A stretch of 64,000 nucleotides of DNA from Candidatus Methanomethylicia archaeon (GTDB lineage: Archaea > Thermoproteota > Methanomethylicia > Culexarchaeales > Culexarchaeaceae): NCBI GenBank assembly GCA_038727515.1, contig JAVYVS010000002.1, positions 128,001 to 192,000 on the forward strand. Direction: 5' to 3'. Numbering within the stretch: the stretch's first letter is position 1; every line of letters begins with the position of its first letter. Positions 37,759 to 48,835 of the stretch are shown here, piece by piece. The notes below the pieces were generated by a model. It ran no database searches. It was not told the DNA's origin and saw nothing but the letters and a program-made list of their open reading frames with translations. A program made the translations under genes and the position numbers.

Positions 37759-38886
37759 ATGGGGGAACAATCTATAAGTAGTTTGCCGGAAACAACTCAA
37801 ACTCCTCAAACCCAATCAAAGGAACAGCTTATAGATTTTTTATCAATTGAAAATTTTGTTAAGAGATTCTTTGTAGTTGAAGATTTCTCTATACAATTTG
37901 GTGTTCCCACATTTATAGTATCCTATAAACCAGATTTAAAGGAATCCTTTATTTCCCTCTATAATTCTATTAAAGGTTCTGGTTATATGCCGACGCTTAG
38001 AAGGCATGAGGGTAAAATTGTTCTAAGAATTTTTAAGGTTGATGAAGAACGTCATGGTAGGAGTGGAATTATAACTGCAATACTTCTTTTCTTTGCAACT
38101 TTAGCAGCAATAATCTATAGTGGATATCTACAAGTTAATAGTGTATCTTTTGATATTGTAGATCCATATCGTAATATTATTTTGAATTTAGTGTTGTATA
38201 CTGCTTGTCTCTTATCTATTGCTGTCCTCCATGAATTTGGTCATAAGATTGCTTCAAAATTTCATGGTGTTGAAACTAGCCTTCCATATTTTATTCCAGG
38301 CCCTCCGGAGATTGGTGGAACTATGGGTGCAATTATAGTTCAACGTTCACCTATGGTGAATAGAGATCAACTTTTTGATGTTGGTTTAAGTGGACCTTTA
38401 CTTGGTTTTTCAGCGGCTATACTTGTATCTATATTGGGTGTTCGATTATCATATGTCATTCCTAAACAAATGGTGTATGGTATGTATATTCCAGTTCCAA
38501 TGATATTCGATTTTATAGTTCAATTTATTAAACCCTTTAATCCAGTTTATTATGATCTACTTTTACATCCAGTAGCTTTTGCAGGATGGATTGGTTTTTT
38601 GATAACCTTCATAAATTTAATGCCTATATCTCAACTTGATGGTGGACATATTTCAAGAGCTATGTTTGGAGGAAAGTATTATAGGGTTATCTCATATATT
38701 GGAATTGCAGTTTTAATGTTTTCTGGATATTTATTAATGGCTATTTTAGCATTGTTTATGCAAATTTATAGAGATCATCCTGGACCTTTGGATGATGTTT
38801 CTTCATTGAGTTTTAAGCGGAAGATTATAGGTTCAATACTTCTACCAACATTACTACTACTTTGCTTTACATCCTTTTATTACTAG
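37759..38886 (+). CDS. Site-2 protease (M50) membrane metalloprotease
   Basis: LHEFGH, GTMGA, GLSGPL, NLMPISQLDGGH. Confidence 0.93.
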   Translation: MGEQSISSLPETTQTPQTQSKEQLIDFLSIENFVKRFFVVEDFSIQFGVPTFIVSYKPDLKESFISLYNSIKGSGYMPTLRRHEGKIVLRIFKVDEERHGRSGIITAILLFFATLAAIIYSGYLQVNSVSFDIVDPYRNIILNLVLYTACLLSIAVLHEFGHKIASKFHGVETSLPYFIPGPPEIGGTMGAIIVQRSPMVNRDQLFDVGLSGPLLGFSAAILVSILGVRLSYVIPKQMVYGMYIPVPMIFDFIVQFIKPFNPVYYDLLLHPVAFAGWIGFLITFINLMPISQLDGGHISRAMFGGKYYRVISYIGIAVLMFSGYLLMAILALFMQIYRDHPGPLDDVSSLSFKRKIIGSILLPTLLLLCFTSFYY

Positions 38887-38925
38887 GTTAAGGCGAAAAA
38901 TTTTAAATCTCCTATACCATATTTA

Positions 38926-39560
38926 GTGAGGGTTTTATTGTCTTGGAATTATTTAAAATGGAATTTGGCTGTTGAAATTGTGAAGAGGATTTTTAATTGT
39001 GGTGCAATATTGTTTGGAGAATTCACTTTAACTTCAGGTTTAAAGAGTCCATACTATATAGATTTAAGGGTTATACCATCATTTCCAGAGGATTTCATAA
39101 GAGTTTGTGATGCATATTATGAGATCATTATGAATGAAATTGGAGATTTCGATAGAATTGCTGGTGTTCCAACAGCTGGTATACCATTTGCAACTATGGT
39201 TGCATATAGAATGAAGAAACCATTGATATATGTTAGAAAGGAGGTGGAGAGAGCTCATGGTAGGGGGAGACTTGTTGAAGGCGTATTGAAAGCTGATGAT
39301 AAAGTTTTGATAATTGATGATGTTGCAACCACTGGTGAAAGTTTAATTTTAACCGCTGAATCCATTTTTACTTATGGTGGAAGAGTGGAGGATGTTGTAG
39401 TTTTAGTGGATAGGGAACAAGGGGCTAGTGATAACCTTTCAAAAAGAGGTTTAAAACTTCATTGTTTAATTAAGATTTCAGATGCTGCTAAAATATTATT
39501 TGAAGCAGGGTTAATTGATGATACATTGTATAATAAAATATTAAATTATGTTAGAGGGGG

Positions 39561-39564
<4 letters not shown>
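38926..39564 (+). CDS. pyrE: Orotate phosphoribosyltransferase
   Basis: [40 protein letters not shown]. Confidence 0.95.
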
Positions 39565-40127
<563 letters not shown>

Positions 40128-40174
40128 TATAAGGAGAAATTATATATTTATTAATATTAAGGTATTGTATCCTC

Positions 40175-40723
40175 TTATTTCTTTTTGTCTAAAATCATTT
40201 TAACGATTAATATTGAAGATACTATTATTATTGATGGTATTACCCATTGCCATAAGTTAAGTGTTATTAATCCTATGTATGGTAGTTTAAATATTACTAA
40301 TCCAATTATGTCATTTTTTGTTAATGTAAATGGATCTGGATAGATATTTGCATCACCCTTAGTTTTAATGTATAATTCTCCATTAATTTTCTGTATGCTT
40401 ATTATCCTATGAACCCATGGTACGCCACTATAATATGGTTTTGGAGGATTGAATACTATTATATCTCCAACTTTTAATTCTCCAGGGTTTGCTCCTTTTA
40501 TCACTATTACATCTCCAATATTAAGTGTTGGCTGCATACTTCCAGAAGCTACAACTAAGAATGGTGTTGGTGTACCTAATACTAATCCTACACCGTAGTA
40601 TATCCCCCTTGAAATTATGATAGCCAATATAACCATTAAAATATACCCAATTAATTCCCTCTTTAAATCCCTCTTCCCATTATTTTTAGTCATAGCCATC
40701 ATAAACCTCCTATGCTTTTTCAC
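40175..40723 (-). CDS. Signal peptidase I (Sec11-type)
   Basis: VVASGSMQPTL..GD, VHRI, TKGDAN...D. Confidence 0.93.
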   Translation of the reverse strand: MKKHRRFMMAMTKNNGKRDLKRELIGYILMVILAIIISRGIYYGVGLVLGTPTPFLVVASGSMQPTLNIGDVIVIKGANPGELKVGDIIVFNPPKPYYSGVPWVHRIISIQKINGELYIKTKGDANIYPDPFTLTKNDIIGLVIFKLPYIGLITLNLWQWVIPSIIIVSSILIVKMILDKKK

Positions 40724-43523
40724 TCCTCCACTTTATTACTATACTTCTAACTAACTTAGCTACTTCATATGCATGCTTCTCTACATCCTCCCCATAGGGT
40801 ATAACTTCAAGTTTAATCTTTGGTTCTTCTTCCATGTATATTTGTATCTTATTTATTGATCCTGATGAACCAATTGTTCCTTGACCAATTCTATAACTAA
40901 ATCTAATAGTTCTATCATCAATTCTCCTCATTCTCTCTACTCCCATAGTGTTATTTAATGATTCCATTAAGTACGTTAATAGTTCTCCTATTTCTTCTAT
41001 TCCAAATCTTATTGGTATTATGAATTCCCATGGTTTATCTAAATCTTGAGGCTTTTTATCAGCTTTCCACCTCATCAATTTTGATGGTGTAACTATTATA
41101 GATGATCTTAAAGCTGGTATTGATCCTGATGCTGCAGTTATAGCTGATATTATTAGTGTGGATATAGCCCAGCTGTATGATACCTTTGGATATACTTCTA
41201 TTGTTAGATTTAGATTGTATGCAATTTTATAGAATGTTAATCCAATTATATATCCTATTCCTCCAGCAATCAACCCTATTATTATTGCTTCAAAGGCAAA
41301 TATTGCTGTTATATGACTTGGATTTAATCCTATGGCTGAAAGTATTGTTACTTCATTCTTCCTTTCATGTACAGATGCCAACATTACAATCCCTATGTTT
41401 GATATGCATATTGCCAATGTAAGCATAGCTTCCAGACCTTTTATATCCATGTAGCTTTGATAGTTTAAGAGGTAGATTTTATTTTGTGTAATTGTTTTAA
41501 CCATGTAGATTCCAGATAATGCTATTCGTTTTGATAGTGAGAAAGCATCTTCTTCATTGATAATTCTTATGTATAGTCTTGCTGGTAGTAGTGAGAATAT
41601 TCTTGAATCTTCTGGTGATACTATAACTGTTTCTATTGGTTCACAATCCATTAATTCTATTCTTACCTCTTCACCTCCCATTACCATTATCAATTTTCCA
41701 GGGGTTAAACTTCTATCATCGTAATCTACTATTGATATAAAATCATCGCTTAATATCCCAGTTACCTCCATTCTCTTTCCACTATTTAACAGTATTATTT
41801 TGTCTCCTATGTTAATATTCAGCTTCTTTGCAGCTTCATTTGTTACTGCTATTTCCCCACTTTTATTTGGTAATCTACCTTTAATCTTCATATTTATCCT
41901 TTGTATTATTGGGTCTGAGGGATTGGTGAAGGCAATAGCTCCATATATGTTTAGTTTATCTTGTACATATGGGTTTATAGCTATTTCTAATGGTGCAAAT
42001 TTTGCTTGACTTTCAAGTTTAAATGAATATTCCCTAGATTTTTCTTCTATTGAGTATGCATCTATTATTGTGGTACTTATTGCTGTGAATTTACTATATC
42101 TCTCTTCTCCAACGCTTCTATATACTATTATTCCTTCAGGTTCATTAACTCTGTTAAATACATTTATCCTTAAACCTTCTTCCACTGAAGCAGATGTTAA
42201 TGCTACAAATCCACCTATTATTATTGTTATTGACATTATTGTTAATATGCTTCTAAGCTTCCTCCTCTTTAAATTCCTCTTTGATATTGATGATATTGAT
42301 GTTATTAAGCTTCTAAGTGAAGCTTCCCCTTTCTCCCCCATATGATTTATGGTTATTGTTAGGATCGTGATTATTATGTATGATGTTGCTGCATATATGT
42401 ACATGAGATTTTGATCTATAGCATTTATTCCTGGATATAATGTCTTGAATACATACACTAGAATTATGAAGGATACTGCTGATGCAATTAAACTGTATCT
42501 TTCTCTATCGAATATTGTTAATCCAATTATTGTTGATGTTAATGTGAGTAGTATGATTATTATTGTTGTTGAACTTGTTGCTTCAGAATATAATTGTGTA
42601 ACTTTATTGTTTATTTCATTTAGAGCTAGTATTGCTTCTCTAATGTTTGAGTAGCATTCATCATACCTCTTTATCCTTAATGCTACTTCTCCATTTTCTA
42701 TTAAATTGATTATATTTGGTATTTTTGATTTATATATTGCTAGATAGAATCCATCTTTCTCTGCTTTCTCAATATTACTTATGGTTTTATTGTATTCTTG
42801 TTTAGCATCAAGTATACTATCCTTTAATGTTATTTCCTGTATTTCAAATATTACAATTTCTCCCTCTAAAAGTTTAATTGGGTTTTTTGTTAAGTTATAA
42901 TACTTCGTGTATACATATCTACCTGCTGTATATAAGACTTCTACTTCCACGGTTACTTCAAAGTTTGCTGGTACAATTATCTTATCGCTTTCTATATCTA
43001 GTGCTATATTCTTCTCCCTTTCTCCAAAGCTTTGTAGGATCTTTGTACCATTTACTTCTAATTTTTGTGTTGAATATATGGTGTATCCCATGATTTTACC
43101 TTTTGATTCACTTCTCGCATCTAAACTCTCTCCTATCACTTTTACTTCTGCTGCTTTTATTAATGTAATTGTAATGTTTAAGTCTCCCTCTACATTTACA
43201 TTAACATAACCTATTGTATAATCTATTGTTGGGGTTTCAATTAGATCTGCTCTTGCATATATTATGTATGTTCCTTGTGGTAGCTTTAGTGTTTTTAATC
43301 CATATTCCAATTTTGTTTTTGTATAGAAGCTGATGGTGTATGGTGTTACATATCTATATATGTATATATTGGAGTTTTCTATTGGTTTTCCATAGGCATC
43401 CACTACCTTTATTGTTACATTGTAGTTTGTTTCAGCATATGTTTTCTGAATTGTTGATGCACATATTATTGATGATATGAGTATTGCAATCAGCATCACT
43501 TTTATTTCTATATTTTTGTCCAT
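40710..43523 (-). CDS. Large FtsX/MacB-like permease-domain protein with extracellular N-terminal domains
   Basis: Signal peptide, VVDAYGKPIENS (carboxypeptidase-regulatory-like), RNLKRRKLRSILT, SVHERKNEVTILSAIGLNP, FAFEA. Confidence 0.8.
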   Translation of the reverse strand: MDKNIEIKVMLIAILISSIICASTIQKTYAETNYNVTIKVVDAYGKPIENSNIYIYRYVTPYTISFYTKTKLEYGLKTLKLPQGTYIIYARADLIETPTIDYTIGYVNVNVEGDLNITITLIKAAEVKVIGESLDARSESKGKIMGYTIYSTQKLEVNGTKILQSFGEREKNIALDIESDKIIVPANFEVTVEVEVLYTAGRYVYTKYYNLTKNPIKLLEGEIVIFEIQEITLKDSILDAKQEYNKTISNIEKAEKDGFYLAIYKSKIPNIINLIENGEVALRIKRYDECYSNIREAILALNEINNKVTQLYSEATSSTTIIIILLTLTSTIIGLTIFDRERYSLIASAVSFIILVYVFKTLYPGINAIDQNLMYIYAATSYIIITILTITINHMGEKGEASLRSLITSISSISKRNLKRRKLRSILTIMSITIIIGGFVALTSASVEEGLRINVFNRVNEPEGIIVYRSVGEERYSKFTAISTTIIDAYSIEEKSREYSFKLESQAKFAPLEIAINPYVQDKLNIYGAIAFTNPSDPIIQRINMKIKGRLPNKSGEIAVTNEAAKKLNINIGDKIILLNSGKRMEVTGILSDDFISIVDYDDRSLTPGKLIMVMGGEEVRIELMDCEPIETVIVSPEDSRIFSLLPARLYIRIINEEDAFSLSKRIALSGIYMVKTITQNKIYLLNYQSYMDIKGLEAMLTLAICISNIGIVMLASVHERKNEVTILSAIGLNPSHITAIFAFEAIIIGLIAGGIGYIIGLTFYKIAYNLNLTIEVYPKVSYSWAISTLIISAITAASGSIPALRSSIIVTPSKLMRWKADKKPQDLDKPWEFIIPIRFGIEEIGELLTYLMESLNNTMGVERMRRIDDRTIRFSYRIGQGTIGSSGSINKIQIYMEEEPKIKLEVIPYGEDVEKHAYEVAKLVRSIVIKWRSEKA

Positions 43524-43549
43524 TTCTTCAACCTCAAAGGGATGTTTCC

Positions 43550-44626
43550 CTATATTTTTGTTAATAGATTTTTATAGTTTTCTCCACTTATCCTTATTAT
43601 TGTTTCAGCAAGTGCTTTTGCTGTGTTTTCTATATCGGTTATTGAAATTATTTCTGCAGTACTATGCATATATCTTAGTGGTATGGATAGTAGAGCTGTG
43701 GCTACTCCACCTCTTGAAACTTGTATTGCAAATGCATCTGTTCCACTAGGTCCAAATATTGTTTCTATTTGATATGGTATTCCATGTTCTTTACATACTT
43801 CTATTATCAATTCTGATAATTTTGGATGGAAGTTTGGCCCTATTCCTATAGCTGGTCCTCCACCAAGTTTTATTCCTGAAACCCTTTTTTCTGGTACGTT
43901 ATATGATGATGCATGCGTTACATCTATTGTAAAGGCTACATCTGGATTTATCCTATAAGCTGCTGTTGTTGCTCCTCTAAGTCCAAGTTCTTCTTGTGTA
44001 GTGGCTACAGCATATATCTTCTTTTTAACACCTTTATCCATTAATATTTCCATTGCTTTTATCATTGCCACTATTCCTGCTTTATCATCTAATCCTACTC
44101 CAGCAACGTTTCTCCCCTTTCCAATGGGGGTTACTTCAAGTTTTGGTGTAATTACCGTTCCAATGTTTATTCCAAGTTCTAATACTTCACTCTTGCTTTC
44201 TACACCTATATCTATTGCCATATCCTCTATATCTACAACTTTTTCACGTTCTTCAGTTTTCACTAAGTGTATTGGTTTTGCACCTATTACACCAATTATT
44301 GGGCCTTTGCTTCCATGTAATACAACTTTTATTCCATATAGTAATCTTTTATCAAATCCTCTTTGTGTAAAGTATATATACCCTTTTTCATCTATGTGAT
44401 TTACCATTAATCCTATTTGATCCATGTGTGCTGTTATCATTATTTTAGGATCTTCCCCTTCCATGTATCCAATTACATTTCCCATAACATCTACATCCAC
44501 TTTTAAACCCATTTCCCTGAATATTTCCATGATTTTTCTTCCAGTATTTTCTTCATACCCAGATACACTTGGTGTTTTAACTATTTCCTCCAATAATCTT
44601 AACACATCTATCTTCAATCTTCCCAC
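43550..44626 (-). CDS. M42 family (TET-like) aminopeptidase
   Basis: SVSGYE, AHMDQIG, LDDKAG, QEELGLRGA, GTDA, PLRYMH. Confidence 0.93.
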   Translation of the reverse strand: MGRLKIDVLRLLEEIVKTPSVSGYEENTGRKIMEIFREMGLKVDVDVMGNVIGYMEGEDPKIMITAHMDQIGLMVNHIDEKGYIYFTQRGFDKRLLYGIKVVLHGSKGPIIGVIGAKPIHLVKTEEREKVVDIEDMAIDIGVESKSEVLELGINIGTVITPKLEVTPIGKGRNVAGVGLDDKAGIVAMIKAMEILMDKGVKKKIYAVATTQEELGLRGATTAAYRINPDVAFTIDVTHASSYNVPEKRVSGIKLGGGPAIGIGPNFHPKLSELIIEVCKEHGIPYQIETIFGPSGTDAFAIQVSRGGVATALLSIPLRYMHSTAEIISITDIENTAKALAETIIRISGENYKNLLTKI

Positions 44627-44675
44627 TATTAATGGATAAAATCATTTTATTTTAATCTTTTTCTATTTATTTATT

Positions 44676-45344
44676 TCAATTTTGTTTTGATGTTAAATCC
44701 CTTAAGGCATTTTTCCATGCTAATTTTATGTGGCTTTTTGCATCTTTTAAAGTTATTTCTCCATGTCCTGGGAACATTGAATCTACATCTAATTTTAATA
44801 GTTTCTCTAAGCTTCTCGTAAGCTCCTTTTGATTTCCTGTGGGTAGATCTGTTCTTCCATATAGTCCATTGGCAAATACTAAATCTCCTGTGAATATATT
44901 TTCTTCATGTTTGAAGCATAGACTTCCAGAGGTATGTCCAGGGGTATGTATTGCCTTAATTTTTATTTCTCCAATGCTTATTTCTTCATCTCCATATAAT
45001 GTTTGAACTCTATCTTTATCTATTTTTAAGCTTTCTACGACCACATCTCTATCATTTTTATGTATGTATATCTTTGCTTCTTCATTTTCATATATGAATT
45101 TCTTTAATTCTCTTGTGTGATCTCTATGTCTATGGGTTATCAATATCTTTTTTATATCTTTTATATCTATTTTGAATATGTTTAATGTTTCATTTATATT
45201 TGAATGTGGAGGTCCATATCCAATATCTATTATCGCTTTTTCATCTCTACTCTCTATTATATAAGTATTTGAACTTAAACCATAACTTATAACTGCATAT
45301 ATCTTTAGTTTTTCTGTGGTCTTTGCTTGTACATGTGCATACAT
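44676..45344 (-). CDS. Metallo-beta-lactamase fold hydrolase (glyoxalase II-like)
   Basis: THRHRDH, HTPGHTSGS, TGD, GRTDLP, PGHG. Confidence 0.9.
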   Translation of the reverse strand: MYAHVQAKTTEKLKIYAVISYGLSSNTYIIESRDEKAIIDIGYGPPHSNINETLNIFKIDIKDIKKILITHRHRDHTRELKKFIYENEEAKIYIHKNDRDVVVESLKIDKDRVQTLYGDEEISIGEIKIKAIHTPGHTSGSLCFKHEENIFTGDLVFANGLYGRTDLPTGNQKELTRSLEKLLKLDVDSMFPGHGEITLKDAKSHIKLAWKNALRDLTSKQN

Positions 45345-45445
45345 TTTAATCTGACTATAATTTTGATATTTATATTAATAAATGGTTTGCCATTAAAGTA
45401 AAGTTTTTATAAGAATTATTATTTAAGCTATTGAGGTGTATCTAT

Positions 45446-45601
45446 TTGGCTGATAGGTATAAGCTTTATAAGTATGATTATAGTAGTGGTAAGATAAGCT
45501 TCTTAGGTAGGAAATGTCCTAAATGCGATAGGGTTATGGCTAATCATAAAGATAGATTTTCATGTGGATATTGTGGATACACTATCTTCATTAAATCCTA
45601 A
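45446..45601 (+). CDS. rps27ae: 30S ribosomal protein S27ae (eS31)
   Basis: Below the track cutoff; TTG start after GAGGTG; MADRYKLYKYDYSSGKISFLGRKCPKCDRVMANHKDRFSCGYCGYTIFIKS. Confidence 0.93.
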   Translation: MADRYKLYKYDYSSGKISFLGRKCPKCDRVMANHKDRFSCGYCGYTIFIKS

Positions 45602-45610
45602 TTTAAGTTA

Positions 45611-48481
45611 ATGGTTTTGATAGTTATGGTAGAGCTTAAGGGTGCATTTAATCTTCTTGCATTACCAGTTAGGAAGGCTTTGGAGAAGAGGGGATTTGAT
45701 ACTCCTACTGAACCTCAGGAGAAGGCTATACCATTAATACTTGAGGGTAGGAATGTTCTATTAATTTCTCCAACTGCTTCAGGTAAGACTGAAGCTGCAC
45801 TTCTACCAATATTTAGCATGATGTGTGGATTGCATGATCCTGGTGTTAAAACGCTCTATATAACTCCTTTAAGAGCTTTAAATAGGGATTTATTGGAGAG
45901 ATTGGAGTGGTGGGGTAGGGAATTAGGTTTTAGGGTTGCTGTTAGACATGGTGATACTGAGCAATCTGAAAGGGTAGCTCAAGCGAAAATGCCTCCAGAT
46001 TTACTGATTACAACCCCTGAAACCCTGCAGATTATTTTAGCTGGTAGAGTTTTACGTAAAGGTTTATCTTCTTTGAGATGGGTTATTGTTGATGAAGTTC
46101 ATGAACTTGCTGAAGATAAGCGTGGTGTTCAATTATCCATTGCTTTAGAACGTTTAAGGAAGCTTATTGGACGTGATTTTCAAATAGTTGGTTTATCTGC
46201 AACTATAGGTAGCCCTGAGATTGTGGGTAGATTCCTTGTGGGTGTTGGTAGAAGTATTGATATAGTTAAAGTTTCAGTGGCTAAACTTATGAAGCTTAGC
46301 ATCTTCTTCCCCGAACCTAAGCATGAAGATTATGATCTTGCAGCTAAACTTTATACTCATCCAGATGTTTCAGCTAGATTGAGATTTATGAGAGAACTTA
46401 TTGAGAAATATAATTCTGTATTATTATTTGTTAATACTAGAGCTATTGCAGAAGTTTTAGCTTCTAGATTTAAAGTTTGGGATATTGATTTTCCAATTAG
46501 TGTTCATCATGGTTCATTATCTAAGCCTTCTAGAGTTGCTGCTGAAAGAGGTTTAAAGAATGGTGATTTAAAGGGCCTTATATGTACATCATCTCTTGAG
46601 CTTGGAATTGATGTAGGTAGAATCGACTTAGTTATTCAATACATGTCTCCTAGACAGGTTACTAGACTTATTCAACGTGTGGGTAGAGCTGGTCATGGTA
46701 TTGGTAGAATTTCTAATGGTGTTATTGTAACTGCAGATCCAGATGATACTCTTGAAGCTATGGCTATATGTAGAGCTGCATTAAATGAAGAACTTGAATC
46801 TGTAAAGATCCCTGAGAAACCTCTTGACGTTTTATGTCATCAAATATCTTCTTTATTGATGTATAAGAAGAGGTGGAATTTTGACGAAATTTTAGAGGTT
46901 CTTAAGGGTGCATATCCATACTCAAATATTTGTATTGATGATCTAATTGGCGTTTTGAATTATATGCATAATAGATATCCTAGACTTGCATGGATATCAT
47001 TTGAAGATAAAATTGTACTTGCACCTAAGAATAGTAGAAATGTGTATGAATACTTTTTTGAGAATCTATCTATGATTCCAGATGAAAAGAAGTATTTAGT
47101 GATTAATACTGATGATAATATTCCAATAGGATTTCTAGATGAAGTTTTTGTTTCTGAATATGGTGATCCAGGTAGGAAATTTGTTTTTAGAGGTAGTTTA
47201 TGGAAGATAAGGGAGATTGTTGGTGATAGAATATATGTTTCTCCAGATAATGATCCAGTTGGAGCTATTCCAAGCTGGGTGGGTGAAGAGATTCCAGTTC
47301 CCTATGCTATTGCTCAAGAAGTTGGATGGATTAGAGGTTATGTTGCATCTAAAATTAATTCTGGAGCTTCCATAGATGATATCATATCTGATTTAAAGGG
47401 TAAATATCCAATTGAGAAGGAATCTCTTAGGAGGGCTTTAGATCATATCTTTGAACATGTTAAGAGGGGGTTGCCAGTTCCTTCTGATAAGATTGTTACT
47501 TTAGAGAAGTGGGGTGAACTTATAATTTTAACAACACATCTAGGTTTACTTGCAAATAGAGCTTTATCTAGAATTCTCGGTGATGCTATGTCTGAATTTT
47601 TGGGGCATTCAGTAGAAATTCAAGAAGATCCATATAGGGTTGTTGTAAAGGCTTCTGAAGATATTAGTTTAAATGATGTTATTGAAATTTTAAAGAAGCT
47701 TAGTGAATCTAATGTTAGAGATTTATTGATTAAATTGGCTGAGAGATCTGGATTGTTTAAGTATAGGCTTATACATGTTGCTAGGAGATTTGGAGCTTTA
47801 TCTAAGGATATGGATGTTGCTAGTATGGGTATTCATAGGTTTATAGAGCTTTTTAAGGGTTCAGCTGTTTATGATGAAGCTTTAAAAGAGTATTTATCTA
47901 TGGATGTGGATGCTGATAGAGTTCAATCTTTCTTGAAGGAATTATTCTCTGGAGTTAGAGAGTTAAAATCCTTTGAAACAAGTGATTTATCACCTATATC
48001 TAGAGTTGGATTAGAGAAGATTTCTATGAGGAGTGAGATAATACCTCCTGAAAGATTGAGGAAAGTTTTAATTGAAGCTACTAAAGCTAGACTCCTAAAT
48101 GAAGTTAGATTCTTTATTTGTACTGAAAATTGGGATTGGTGGAAGCCTATTAGGATAAAGGATTTAAGTGATGAAATCAGATGTGAAGTTTGCGGTTCAA
48201 AATTTGTTTCACCATTAGATGTGGATGAGAGGATTTTGAATAGTATAGTTAGTAAACGTGGTTCTAAACTTAATAGTGATGAGAAGAGAATTGTTGAAGA
48301 AGCTTTAGAGAATGCAGAATTAATAGCTACTTATGGTAAATTGGCTGCAATAGCTCTTGCGGGTAGAGGTGTTAATGCTGGGAGTGTTAAGTCAATTCTT
48401 GAATCTTTTAGAAATGATTCAGATGCATTTTATGAAAAGATTATGGAAGCAGAGAGGAAAGCTTTAAGAAGAGGATTCTAA
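45611..48481 (+). CDS. lhr: Lhr-family SF2 helicase (paralog 2)
   Basis: SPTASGKT, PLRALNRD, DEVH, SAT, HHGS, SSLELGID, QRVGRAGH; C-terminal CTEN...CEVC. Confidence 0.93.
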   Translation: MVLIVMVELKGAFNLLALPVRKALEKRGFDTPTEPQEKAIPLILEGRNVLLISPTASGKTEAALLPIFSMMCGLHDPGVKTLYITPLRALNRDLLERLEWWGRELGFRVAVRHGDTEQSERVAQAKMPPDLLITTPETLQIILAGRVLRKGLSSLRWVIVDEVHELAEDKRGVQLSIALERLRKLIGRDFQIVGLSATIGSPEIVGRFLVGVGRSIDIVKVSVAKLMKLSIFFPEPKHEDYDLAAKLYTHPDVSARLRFMRELIEKYNSVLLFVNTRAIAEVLASRFKVWDIDFPISVHHGSLSKPSRVAAERGLKNGDLKGLICTSSLELGIDVGRIDLVIQYMSPRQVTRLIQRVGRAGHGIGRISNGVIVTADPDDTLEAMAICRAALNEELESVKIPEKPLDVLCHQISSLLMYKKRWNFDEILEVLKGAYPYSNICIDDLIGVLNYMHNRYPRLAWISFEDKIVLAPKNSRNVYEYFFENLSMIPDEKKYLVINTDDNIPIGFLDEVFVSEYGDPGRKFVFRGSLWKIREIVGDRIYVSPDNDPVGAIPSWVGEEIPVPYAIAQEVGWIRGYVASKINSGASIDDIISDLKGKYPIEKESLRRALDHIFEHVKRGLPVPSDKIVTLEKWGELIILTTHLGLLANRALSRILGDAMSEFLGHSVEIQEDPYRVVVKASEDISLNDVIEILKKLSESNVRDLLIKLAERSGLFKYRLIHVARRFGALSKDMDVASMGIHRFIELFKGSAVYDEALKEYLSMDVDADRVQSFLKELFSGVRELKSFETSDLSPISRVGLEKISMRSEIIPPERLRKVLIEATKARLLNEVRFFICTENWDWWKPIRIKDLSDEIRCEVCGSKFVSPLDVDERILNSIVSKRGSKLNSDEKRIVEEALENAELIATYGKLAAIALAGRGVNAGSVKSILESFRNDSDAFYEKIMEAERKALRRGF

Positions 48482-48537
48482 TCTTCTAAATGCAAATATT
48501 TAATTAAATGGATTCAAATTATAGTTTGGTGTAATCT

Positions 48538-48801
48538 TTGGATGATGTAAGTTTAAAGGAGGCTGTAATGGAAAAGCTGAAGGAGGTAATAGATCCAGAG
48601 GTTGGTTTAAGTATTGTGGATATGGGTTTAATTAAGGATGTATCCATAGTTTCTGAAGGAAAAGTTAAGATTAAGATGAGTTTAACAGTTCCATCTTTCA
48701 TGTGTCCCTTAGCTAGATATCTCATTCAAAATGTTAAAATAGCTGCTGAATCTGTTCCTGGAGTTAAGGAAGTTGAAGTAGAGTTGATAGAGCCATTTTA
48801 A
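48538..48801 (+). CDS. DUF59 / MIP18 / SufT metal-sulfur cluster assembly factor
   Basis: LKEVIDPEVGLSIVDMGLI, MSLTVPSFMCPLA, VPGVKEVEV. Confidence 0.92.
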   Translation: MDDVSLKEAVMEKLKEVIDPEVGLSIVDMGLIKDVSIVSEGKVKIKMSLTVPSFMCPLARYLIQNVKIAAESVPGVKEVEVELIEPF

Positions 48802-48835
48802 CATCATTAATTTAAATTTGAGTTTCTAATATTTT

